Assembly (NCBI GenBank): GCA_965222415.1
Contig: CBDCTU010000004.1
Coordinates: 256,702 to 320,701 of the forward strand
Direction: 5' to 3'
Length of the DNA stretch: 64,000 nucleotides
Source: Dehalococcoidia bacterium
Lineage (GTDB): Bacteria; Chloroflexota; Dehalococcoidia; Lucifugimonadales; UBA2985
Position 1 is the first letter of the stretch, and every line of letters begins with the position of its first letter. Positions 1-8,180 of the stretch are shown piece by piece. The position numbers were made by a program, and so were the translations under genes. The notes under the pieces were generated by a model, which did no database searches, had not been told where the DNA came from, and saw only the letters and a program-made list of their open reading frames with translations.

Positions 1-1
1 C

Positions 2-304
2 CCCAATTTGACGGGGGTCGTCTGCATTGAGGAGCCGGAGCTTGGGCTGCACCCGGACATTATCCCGGAGGTAGCGAAACTCCTGGTGGAGGCATCCTCC
101 CGCAGCCAGATCTTCGTTACAACCCACTCTGACGTGCTGGTTGACGCGCTCACAGAAACGCCGGAGGCCGTGATAGTGTGCGAGAAGGAGGAAGGCGCGA
201 CCAGAATGCGCCGTCTTGACGCAGAGGAGCTGAAGCCCTGGCTGGAGGAGTACCGGCTGGGTGAGATGTGGACGCGTGGAGAAATTGGAGGTAATAGATG
301 GTGA
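2..304 (+). CDS. ABC/AAA-type ATPase, C-terminal fragment (5' part outside the window)
   Basis: Frame is open to the window edge. Walker-B/D-loop-like VVCIEEPELGLHP and H-loop-like VTTHS are present. The stop overlaps the next start (ATGGTGA, 298-304), implying translational coupling. Confidence 0.6.
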   Translation, partial: PNLTGVVCIEEPELGLHPDIIPEVAKLLVEASSRSQIFVTTHSDVLVDALTETPEAVIVCEKEEGATRMRRLDAEELKPWLEEYRLGEMWTRGEIGGNRW

Positions 305-891
305 GCGCCAGTCTCTACGTGGAGGGTGGCGGCGATAGCAAGTCGCTGAAGACGGCGTGCCGCAGGGGCTTCAGAAAGTTCATCGAAAACGCGGGGGCCG
401 CCGGAGGAGTATCCAACATTGTAGCCTGCGGCAGCCGCGGCAACGCTTATCGCAGTTTCAGCAAAGCCCTCTCAGCCAGCGTGAACGCCTTGATCCTGGT
501 GGACGCCGAGGGCCCGGTGACGACGCAGGAAGCGTGGCAGCACCTCAAGGCCAACGACAACTGGGACCGCCCAGCCACCGCAACGGACGACCAATGTCAT
601 CTGATGGTGCAGGTAATGGAATCCTGGTTTCTGGCAGACGCGGACGCCCTCGCATCATTCTACGGGCAGGACTTTAACAGAGGGCCGCTTCCGGCAAACC
701 GGAACATAGAGCAGGTTCCCAAGCAGGACGCGCTTGTCGGACTTGACCAAGCCGCCCGAAATACCAGAAAGGGCGGCTACAAAAAGGGACCGGACAGCTA
801 CGATATACTGGCCAAGCTGAACCCGGCTAAGGTCAGAGGGATGTCACCTTTCGGAGAACGCTTTATTCAAGCGCTTTCGAGCCAGAGCTAA
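298..891 (+). CDS. DUF4276-like protein, partner of the upstream ATPase
   Basis: 197 aa with N-terminal LYVEGGGDSKS and later acidic motifs LILVDAEGP and VMESWFLADADAL. I recall this N-terminal signature from proteins annotated DUF4276 that follow an AAA ATPase. Not verified by HMM. Confidence 0.5.
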   Translation: MVSASLYVEGGGDSKSLKTACRRGFRKFIENAGAAGGVSNIVACGSRGNAYRSFSKALSASVNALILVDAEGPVTTQEAWQHLKANDNWDRPATATDDQCHLMVQVMESWFLADADALASFYGQDFNRGPLPANRNIEQVPKQDALVGLDQAARNTRKGGYKKGPDSYDILAKLNPAKVRGMSPFGERFIQALSSQS

Positions 892-2315
892 GACGTCTCC
901 CCTTCCAATCGCCTACGGTGGTAGTCAACAAAACGCCGTATGGCGCGGGCGGCCCTGCCCGTCGTGGGGAAAACGGGCAAGCCCGCTTGGACGCACGTCT
1001 CCCTGAACTCTGCCACGGCCTGCTGCTTCCACTCATCCTTGGGCAGGTCGGCTCCCAGCACAACTGCCATTGGCTTGGAGGTCTGACGGCTCACCTCGAC
1101 GAACATATCCACGGTCTGCTTGGCTCTGGGTACGTCTTCGGGCCGGTTCAGGTTGAACTGCTCGTCAATGCCGCAGACCAGCATATCGAAGTCCGGGTGG
1201 TCCGCTATCAGCTGAAGTATGTCGCGGAAGTTGAAGGGCCCTGCGCCGAGAATGGACACGTCGATTGGGTTCCCTATCCACTCCCAGTTCACAGGGTCTC
1301 GAGCCTTCAGCTCCTCCTGTATGTCCGGAGGCAGAGGAAGGACTCGCAGTCCGGCCTCTTCAAAGGCGTCCGCAGACTGCACGCTCATGCCCCCTCCCCC
1401 ACCGCCCAGCCCCACCTGCAGCCCCTGAGCGGGCCGCATGAAGCGGAATGTCACCATCAGGTCGATAAGCTCATCCATGCTGGACACGGACAGCGCGCCA
1501 GCCTGCCTGCACATGGCCTCCCACACCTCGCCGGAGCTTGCCAGAGAGGCAGTGTGGGAAGCGATAGCCTTGGCGCCTGCCTGGGTGCGTCCTCCCTTGA
1601 GGATGATCACAGGCTTCGCACGCGCCGTGCGACGCAGCACGTCGAAGAAGCGGCGTCCGTCCTTCACGCCCTCCATGTAGGCCGCGATTATCTCCGTTTC
1701 CGGGTCCTCGGCCAGGTAGTCCAGGAGGTCGGATTCATCCAGGTCGGTGGCGTTGCCGTAGCTCAACACTTTGCTGAATCGGACGCCCCGCGCCGCTGCC
1801 AGGTTGACTATCTGGGCGCTGTTACCCCCGCTCTGAGAGATGGCGGCAACCGGCCCCGACTCCGTCGGAAACCCCGGCTTGAAGGTCAGGCCCTCTTTCG
1901 GGTAGTACATGCCCATGCAATTCGGGCCAATCAGCCGGATGCCGGCTCGCCTGGCTCGACGCAGCAGTTCGTCCTCCAGCAGTATCCCCTCCTCGCTTCC
2001 CGTCTCCTTCATCCTGGCTGTGTAGAAGTGGATGACCTTCACGCCCTTCCTGGCGCACTGGTCGACCAACTGGAGCGCCCTTGTGGCCGGGATGGCGGAG
2101 ATGACGTAGTCCACCGGCCCGGGCACGTCCTCCACCGAGGGAAAGCACGATACGCCCTCTATCTCCTCCGCGTTGGGGTTTATTGGGTGCAGGGCGCCCT
2201 TGAATGGGTGGCCCAGCATGAAGCGAAAGAAGTCGTTGCCCTGGTTGGCGCTTGTGGATGCTCCCACTACCGCGACGGAGCGGGGATGGAAAACGTAGTC
2301 AAGCTCAATGCCCAT
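888..2315 (-). CDS. CoA-binding ADP-forming acyl-CoA synthetase alpha-type protein
   Basis: 475 aa. CoA-binding Rossmann start FHPRSVAVVGAS and succinyl-CoA-synthetase-like ISQSGG segment. No ATP-grasp partner gene is adjacent. Confidence 0.75.
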   Translation of the reverse strand: MGIELDYVFHPRSVAVVGASTSANQGNDFFRFMLGHPFKGALHPINPNAEEIEGVSCFPSVEDVPGPVDYVISAIPATRALQLVDQCARKGVKVIHFYTARMKETGSEEGILLEDELLRRARRAGIRLIGPNCMGMYYPKEGLTFKPGFPTESGPVAAISQSGGNSAQIVNLAAARGVRFSKVLSYGNATDLDESDLLDYLAEDPETEIIAAYMEGVKDGRRFFDVLRRTARAKPVIILKGGRTQAGAKAIASHTASLASSGEVWEAMCRQAGALSVSSMDELIDLMVTFRFMRPAQGLQVGLGGGGGGMSVQSADAFEEAGLRVLPLPPDIQEELKARDPVNWEWIGNPIDVSILGAGPFNFRDILQLIADHPDFDMLVCGIDEQFNLNRPEDVPRAKQTVDMFVEVSRQTSKPMAVVLGADLPKDEWKQQAVAEFRETCVQAGLPVFPTTGRAARAIRRFVDYHRRRLEGETS

Positions 2316-2360
2316 AATTCACACCTGCCTATGGAGTACGCGGAGAAACTTGATTTCCTA

Positions 2361-2768
2361 CTAAGGCGCGCCTGGTCCAATGGACGGCAAGGCCGCCAGT
2401 CCCTCGGCATCTCTGATATAGTCGACTGTTTCTCGTACCCGGCGTTCTATAGTCTGGCGCGGCTCACACAGGCCGAGGTAGAAGCACTCTCCGTGCAGGG
2501 TGGTCTGCCTCGAGAGGTATCTGCCTGTGAGTATCCTGAACCGGTTGTCGCTGTCTGCCAAGATGTCCAACTGTATTCGCGTCTGCGTTGAGGTTACCGG
2601 CATAATACCCGTGAGCGCCAGGACTAACGCCTGTGTCGCTCGTACGGTGGCGCACCAAGCCTTCTCCGCAGCATCTCGTATATCACCCTGTTCCCACTGC
2701 TCTATAGCGGATCGATGCATCTGGCGCGCGTCGCCGAAAATGTCTATTACGTCCATGGTCATGGCCAT
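2361..2768 (-). CDS. PaREP1/HEPN-like four-helix protein with Rx4H motif (paralogue 1)
   Basis: ATG at 2768 lies 6 nt after GGAGGAGG, so the 171-aa track ORF is over-extended. Motifs GDIRDAAEKAWCAT and RQTTLHGECFYLGLCEP. Paralogue at 26590-26979. Confidence 0.6.
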   Translation of the reverse strand: MAMTMDVIDIFGDARQMHRSAIEQWEQGDIRDAAEKAWCATVRATQALVLALTGIMPVTSTQTRIQLDILADSDNRFRILTGRYLSRQTTLHGECFYLGLCEPRQTIERRVRETVDYIRDAEGLAALPSIGPGAP

Positions 2769-2998
2769 TGCGCACCTCCTCCAATCGTCTGATTTCCCTG
2801 TCCCCGCTGAAAGTAGCGCCTCGCCTGCACCTGCGAACCTTTGTCTCAGGACTACCTGAGCCAGGATGCACAGCAACGGTAGGTGTCAGGTCAATGCCAT
2901 GCTACCATACGACAATGAGACCAACAAGGCGTTGGCTAAGAGGCTTACTTGGTTTAGTATATCAGTGATCTTCCAAACAACACCTACGGAGAGTGAAC

Positions 2999-4039
2999 AT
3001 GAGTGCAAATGCAAACATCAGGATTGGGCTTGTGGGAGCCGGGGCCAACACCCGTCTTAGGCACATACCGGGCTTCCAGGCCATCGACGGGGTTGAGGTT
3101 GTGGCGGTGGCCAATCGTAGCGCGGCCTCCGGCCAGCGCGTCGCCGACGAGTTCGGCATACCCAGGGTGTTCGACAACTGGCAGGACTTGGTCAACTCCC
3201 CGGACGTGGACGCCGTCTGCATAGGGACGTGGCCCTACATGCACTGCACCGTCACCCTTGCGGCCCTGGACGCCGGTAAGCACGTCCTCACGGAGGCGCG
3301 CATGGCTATGGACGCGGCGGAGGCAAAGGCAATGCTCCAGGCCTCACGCAGCCACCCCGGCCTTGTGACCCAGGTTGTGCCCTCCCCTTTCACCTTCAAG
3401 GTAGACCGCACCGTCCAAGACCTAGTGGCGTCGGGTTATCTGCGCGACCTCATTGCGATTGAGGCGCGGGTGACCCAGGGCGGCTTCCCGGACTTCCGCG
3501 GTCCTCTTCACTGGCGGCAGGACCGGGTCGTCAGCGGGTACAACATCCTGACTATGGGTATCTGGTACGAGGCCCTCATGCGATGGGTAGGCCAGGCCAC
3601 CGAGGTCTACGCAATGACGCGGGTGGTCGTTCCCCAGAGGTTCAGCGATGATGGCCAGATGACACCGATAACTGTGCCGGACCACGTGGATGTGCTTTGC
3701 ACCATCGGCGGCGCGCAGGCTCACCTGGCCTTCAGCACCGTCACGGGCTTGGGGGCCGCCGGCGAGGTCTGGCTCTTCGGCACGGAGGGTACAATCCACC
3801 TGGACGCCCGGACGATGACCCTTTCCGGCGGCAAGCCAGGCGATCGCGCCCTGACTGAGATAGTGATAGACCCTCAGAAGGAGGGTAGCTGGCGCGTGGA
3901 GGAGGAGTTCGTCAACGCCATCCGAGGATTGGAACCGGTGACGCGCACCAGTTTCCAGGACGGCGTGGCCTACATGGAGTTCACCGAGGCTGTCACCAGA
4001 AGCGCCCAAGCTAAGAGGCCGGTCGCCCTGCCTCTATAA
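2999..4039 (+). CDS. Gfo/Idh/MocA family NAD(P)-dependent oxidoreductase
   Basis: Rossmann N-terminus IRIGLVGAGANTRLRHIP and typical length. ATG 2999 follows GGAGAG; the track ORF starts at GTG 2993. Confidence 0.8.
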   Translation: MSANANIRIGLVGAGANTRLRHIPGFQAIDGVEVVAVANRSAASGQRVADEFGIPRVFDNWQDLVNSPDVDAVCIGTWPYMHCTVTLAALDAGKHVLTEARMAMDAAEAKAMLQASRSHPGLVTQVVPSPFTFKVDRTVQDLVASGYLRDLIAIEARVTQGGFPDFRGPLHWRQDRVVSGYNILTMGIWYEALMRWVGQATEVYAMTRVVVPQRFSDDGQMTPITVPDHVDVLCTIGGAQAHLAFSTVTGLGAAGEVWLFGTEGTIHLDARTMTLSGGKPGDRALTEIVIDPQKEGSWRVEEEFVNAIRGLEPVTRTSFQDGVAYMEFTEAVTRSAQAKRPVALPL

Positions 4040-4112
4040 ATGAACCGTTGAACAACCTGGGCTCACACACAGAATCCCTTCCTCCACACAAATGAGGGAA
4101 GGTTAGAGCTTG

Positions 4113-4588
4113 CCCCGTACTTGATACGGGGATGGGGACGTAGAATAGCACCGCTCCACGTCATTCCTGCGGAGGGAGATCTTTGAATAACCTCGCTCCG
4201 GCGCGACCACACCCGTCGTCATTCCCGTGCAGAGAGACCTTTGCGTAACCCATAGCGTCATCCCGCAAGAATTGCCACACCGTCATTCCTGCGGAAGCAG
4301 GAATCTTAAAACTCTGTCTGCAAGGCTACGATGTCTTGGAATAGGGGCCTTAGATTCCCGTTTTCACGGAAATGACGGAGAAGATAGCCTCTTCTAAGAG
4401 ATACACCGGAGTTATGCAAAGGTCTCTGCAGACGGGAGTCCATGCCCCACCCCGCCTGGATTCCCGCTCGGAGGCGGGAATGACGGTGGCAGGGAGCTTT
4501 GTCATAGGTTATGCAAAGGTCTCCGGAAGCAGGAATCTGGATTCACGCTCGGAGCCTGCCCCGTACTTGATACGGGGGCGGGAATGAC
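4113..4588. repeat. REP/BIME-like cluster of palindromic units
   Basis: GTCATTCC-type units start at 4160, 4218 and 4282. Their reverse complements (G)GAA(A)TGAC end at 4376, 4484 and 4588. CCCCGTACTTGATACGGGG hairpins sit at both ends (4113-4131, 4559-4577). CAAAGGTCTC-containing arms occur in both orientations. The track ORF 4372-4587 is built from these repeats. Confidence 0.8.
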
Positions 4589-4611
4589 CAGAAAGGGAGG
4601 AACGCGCCCAG

Positions 4612-5370
4612 CTAGGAGCTGCGAGTAGGGGGTTGGCGGAAGCCGAAGATGTGGCGACGGAAGCCCTCGGCGTACTTGTAGCCGTAGCGCTCGGCTACCT
4701 CCGACGTGCGGTTTTTCATACGCTCTTCAATGCCGTCCGGGTCCGTAATCTGGCTCCGGTGCGCCTTCAGCGCCGTTATCCTGGTATCGATCACGTCCGA
4801 CACGTCAATGACCACCTCAGGGTCTTCGCCCATCGTCGTGTAGATCTCCGTCACCTTGTGGGTCTCAAAGCCCTCTCTCAGGTGCTCCGGGAAGTGAAGG
4901 TGGTCCCTGGCGTAGGGGTAGCAGGCGTCGAATGTTGCCTGGCCTGCCATTCGATGGTCTCGGTGGTTATGGCGGCCACGCCAGACCGGGTCCTGGCAGA
5001 AGATTATCTCCGGCTTGAAGCGGCGAATCTCCCTGACAATCCTGCCGATTACCTCGCGGCTAGCCTCCAACTCTCCATCCCCATATCTGAGGAATGTGAC
5101 GTCGGTGGTGCCGGTGATGGCGCTGGCCTCCCGCTGCTCCTGCTCACGGATAACTGCCAGCCGCTCCGAGGTCATCTCTGGATCGCCGCTGCCCTTGTTC
5201 CCGTTTGTACACAGGACGTAGGCAATCTCCATGCCCTCTTTTACCAGCTTGCAAAGCGCGCCCCCGAATCCGAACTCCGCGTCGTCCGGGTGGGCGACGA
5301 CTATCATGGCGCGCTTGTAGGCAAGCCAGGGCTTGTCGGGCTGTTCGTTCAACTGTGGTTCAGTAGTCAT
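4612..5370 (-). CDS. PIG-L/LmbE family deacetylase
   Basis: 252 aa with VVAHPDDAEFGFGG metal-binding signature and downstream HNHRDH. Confidence 0.8.
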   Translation of the reverse strand: MTTEPQLNEQPDKPWLAYKRAMIVVAHPDDAEFGFGGALCKLVKEGMEIAYVLCTNGNKGSGDPEMTSERLAVIREQEQREASAITGTTDVTFLRYGDGELEASREVIGRIVREIRRFKPEIIFCQDPVWRGRHNHRDHRMAGQATFDACYPYARDHLHFPEHLREGFETHKVTEIYTTMGEDPEVVIDVSDVIDTRITALKAHRSQITDPDGIEERMKNRTSEVAERYGYKYAEGFRRHIFGFRQPPTRSS

Positions 5371-5500
5371 ACCTTATCCTGGGCATCGCCACGCTTCGAG
5401 TCTAAGGCGATGCGCTCTCTACGGAATTTTGCGGTCGGACGGCTCCCGCGAAATACATCGCGGGAGCCGTCCGTACTGAAGTTACAGGTTGGTCGTTGAT

Positions 5501-7831
5501 CTAGCTGCCGTTGGACTCCTTGTCCCACAGGGCTTCCAGAATGGCTCCCGGAGACATGGGCAGCTTTTCCATCCTCACGCCAATGGCGTTGTGAACGGCG
5601 TTGGCTATGGCGGCCATTGGAGGCACCAGGGGCAGCTCGGCCACGCCACGGAGACCGTACGGATGGCCTGGGTTGGCCACCTCGACGATTACGGTGTCGA
5701 TCATGGGCAGGTCAAGGCTGATGGGCATCCGGTAGTCCAGGAAGCTGGAGTTCATCATCTGACCTTCGTCGTTGTAGAAGTACTCTTCGTTCAGCGCCCA
5801 GCCTATGCCCTGCACCGCTCCGCCCTGAATCTGGCCTTCCACGTAGCCGGGGTGGATTGCCTTGCCGCAGTCCTGGATGGCGGTGAAGCGAACCACGTCC
5901 ACCTTGCCCGTCTCAGGGTCCACCTCTACATCCGCTATGTTGATGGCGAAGGCATTGCCTGCTCCGCCGGGGTTAAGGTTGGCCCGACCGCTAATCGGGC
6001 CGCCGGTGGCATTGAGCCTGGAAGCCAGCTGCTTGAAGGTGAGCCTCAGTTCCGGGTCGGACTTGCTCTGGAGGACGCCGGCGGCGTACTCCACCTCTTC
6101 AGCCGGGACTTCCCATACACTGGCTGCGCGCTGTATCATCTGGCGCTTTACATCCTCGCCCGCTTGAACGCATGCAATTCCTATCTTCTGGGCCACGCTG
6201 CTGCCTCCGGCGCCGCTGCTGTAGCCGATGGAGTCGGTGTCCCCTACCGAGGGCCTTACGTCCTCAGCGGCGAGGCCCAAGGTCTCAGCAAGGTGCATGG
6301 CCATAACCACTCTGGTCCCTCCGATGTCGGGAGCGCCGCCCACCAGGCTAACCGTGCCGTCGGGGTTTACGCTGGCAATGGCGCTGGCCGGGCCGGAGCC
6401 GTTGCCCCAGAAGCCGGCTGCGACTCCACGGCCGCGGTTCGGTCCCCCCAGGGGAGCGGAGTAGTGGGGGTGGTCCTTGGCCGCTTCAAAGGTCTCCACG
6501 CAGCCAATCTTCCCGAACACCGGGCCCGTCACCTGCCTCGTTCCCTCTTTGGAGGCGTTCAGCAGGCGGAACTCCATCGGGTCCATGGATATCTTTTCGC
6601 AGATCTCGTCGATGACCGTCTCGACGGCGAATGCGCCGATGGGGGCTCCGGGCGCGCGGTAGGCCGCCGTCTTGGGTGTGTTCACCAGCACGTCATAGGC
6701 TTCGATGTAGCCGTTGGGGATGTCATAGGGCGCCAGCATGCAGCGCGCGCCTCCGCCCACGGGCGAGCCGGGGAAAGCGCCCGCCTCGTATATCAGGTGG
6801 GCCTCCGCCGCGGTGATGCGGCCGTCCTTCGTCGCTCCAATCTTCACCCTGAGGTCGGCGCTGGAGGTCGGGCCGCTGGCCACGAACACCTCGGTCCTGT
6901 TCATCTGCATCTTCACCGGCCTTCCGGTCTTCCTGGAGAGTAGGGCCGCCACAGGCTCCAGGTACATGCCGCCCACGCCCTTCCCGCCGAAGCCGCCGCC
7001 GATCTCCATTGCGACGGTCTTCACGTGGGATGTGGGAATGTCCAGCACTGCCGACGCGCTGTCCCGCACGCCGAACAACTGCTGGGTGCTCGTCCAGATG
7101 GTCAAGTAGCCGTCCTGCCCCCACATGGCGGTTGCTGCGTGGGGTTCGATGTAGCCCTGGTGCACCCGCTTGGTTGAGAAGTCCCGCTCTACGACCACGT
7201 CCGCCTCGGCGAATCCCTTGTCCAAGTCTCCCAGCCTGTGCTCGAAGTGGTTGGCGATGTTGGAGGGTTTTTCGCTAGGCGATTCACCCCACCCTCCCGC
7301 TCTCAGCGTGGCGCTGGACTGCGTGACCAGAGCTTCGTGAAGGGTGGGGGCACCCTCTTTCATGGCGTCCAATGCCGTGAGGACGGGCTTCAGCACTTCG
7401 TACTCCACTTCGATTAGATCAAGGGCCTCCTCGGCTACGTGAGCGCTGGTGGCCGCTATGGCCGCTATGGCGTGCCCCTTGTACAGCGCCTTCTCCCTGG
7501 CCAGGATGTTTCGGGAGAAGAAGCCGTAGTTGGTGGTTGCTCCCTCCTCCATGTCCACGAGCTTGGCTGAGATGTTGGGCATGTCCTCCGCAGTGACCAC
7601 GGCCAATACCCCCGGCAGCTCCAGCGCCTTGCTGCAGTCAATGCTCTTGATCTTGGCATGAGCGTACGGGCTGCGCAGCACCTTGCCGTACAGCATACCC
7701 GGCAATTGCAGGTCCGCGCCGTACTTGGCCCGACCGGTTACCTTGTCCGTGCCGTCGTGCCTTATGGGCCTGGTGCCTACTACGTTGTACTCCTTGGTCG
7801 ATAGGACCATGTTTGGCTTATAATCCAGCAT
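5501..7831 (-). CDS. xanthine dehydrogenase/CoxL-family molybdopterin-binding large subunit
   Basis: 776 aa. N-terminal VGTRPIRHDGTDKVTGRAKYGAD, GGGFGGKG, and full-length family architecture. Confidence 0.85.
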   Translation of the reverse strand: MLDYKPNMVLSTKEYNVVGTRPIRHDGTDKVTGRAKYGADLQLPGMLYGKVLRSPYAHAKIKSIDCSKALELPGVLAVVTAEDMPNISAKLVDMEEGATTNYGFFSRNILAREKALYKGHAIAAIAATSAHVAEEALDLIEVEYEVLKPVLTALDAMKEGAPTLHEALVTQSSATLRAGGWGESPSEKPSNIANHFEHRLGDLDKGFAEADVVVERDFSTKRVHQGYIEPHAATAMWGQDGYLTIWTSTQQLFGVRDSASAVLDIPTSHVKTVAMEIGGGFGGKGVGGMYLEPVAALLSRKTGRPVKMQMNRTEVFVASGPTSSADLRVKIGATKDGRITAAEAHLIYEAGAFPGSPVGGGARCMLAPYDIPNGYIEAYDVLVNTPKTAAYRAPGAPIGAFAVETVIDEICEKISMDPMEFRLLNASKEGTRQVTGPVFGKIGCVETFEAAKDHPHYSAPLGGPNRGRGVAAGFWGNGSGPASAIASVNPDGTVSLVGGAPDIGGTRVVMAMHLAETLGLAAEDVRPSVGDTDSIGYSSGAGGSSVAQKIGIACVQAGEDVKRQMIQRAASVWEVPAEEVEYAAGVLQSKSDPELRLTFKQLASRLNATGGPISGRANLNPGGAGNAFAINIADVEVDPETGKVDVVRFTAIQDCGKAIHPGYVEGQIQGGAVQGIGWALNEEYFYNDEGQMMNSSFLDYRMPISLDLPMIDTVIVEVANPGHPYGLRGVAELPLVPPMAAIANAVHNAIGVRMEKLPMSPGAILEALWDKESNGS

Positions 7832-7976
7832 ATTACCTCCCGTGAATTCTTCTGAAATACTGGTGATAATTTACCACATATGGGCTGACTTGACCAACCC
7901 CATCTCACTTATTGACCCGCAATGTCCGATTCCCTACACTACAACCATCGCTGATCACATCTGAAAGGCCGGAATC

Positions 7977-8168
7977 ATGGAAGAAAATGAAACAGACACC
8001 ATACGCCTGCTGCTGGAGAGAGCGGGACTGACCCTCACCGACGAGGAGTTAGAGAAGCTGATCCCCTACTATCAGAGAAACCTGGAACGTCTGGAAGCGC
8101 TCCATTCGGCTGATCTGGAGAAGGAAGAGGTGGCCGGAGTATTTCCGCCTCAGTGGAGCGCCGACTAG
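7977..8168 (+). CDS. GatC/AtzG-like small subunit
   Basis: 63 aa. LLLERAGLTLTDEELEKLIPYYQRNLERLEAL follows the GatC pattern (hLARLxLTDEE...). Ends 12 nt before the amidase start. Confidence 0.55.
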   Translation: MEENETDTIRLLLERAGLTLTDEELEKLIPYYQRNLERLEALHSADLEKEEVAGVFPPQWSAD

Positions 8169-8180
8169 GGAGGTGTCGCT

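Noticed and set aside
918-2591. 557-aa plus-strand ORF antisense to the CoA-binding gene. Similar long antisense ORFs occur at 5489-6943, 22962-24089, 27519-28787 and 49629-50576.
   Set aside because: Each lies opposite a gene with strong family motifs. Their translations are Arg/Gly/His/Val-rich with no recognisable domains, which is the typical stop-codon-poor shadow ORF of GC-rich DNA.
4372-4587. 71-aa ORF (and 12521-12832, 12627-12824) in intergenic regions.
   Set aside because: They are made of REP-unit translations (SRSEAGMT, CHSERSEESK-type peptides), have no SD, and are interrupted by hairpins.
4113-4588. Possible CRISPR array, because of closely spaced repeats.
   Set aside because: The units are themselves palindromic, occur in both orientations, differ in sequence and have irregular spacing. 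No cas genes are nearby. They are REP/BIME-like instead.
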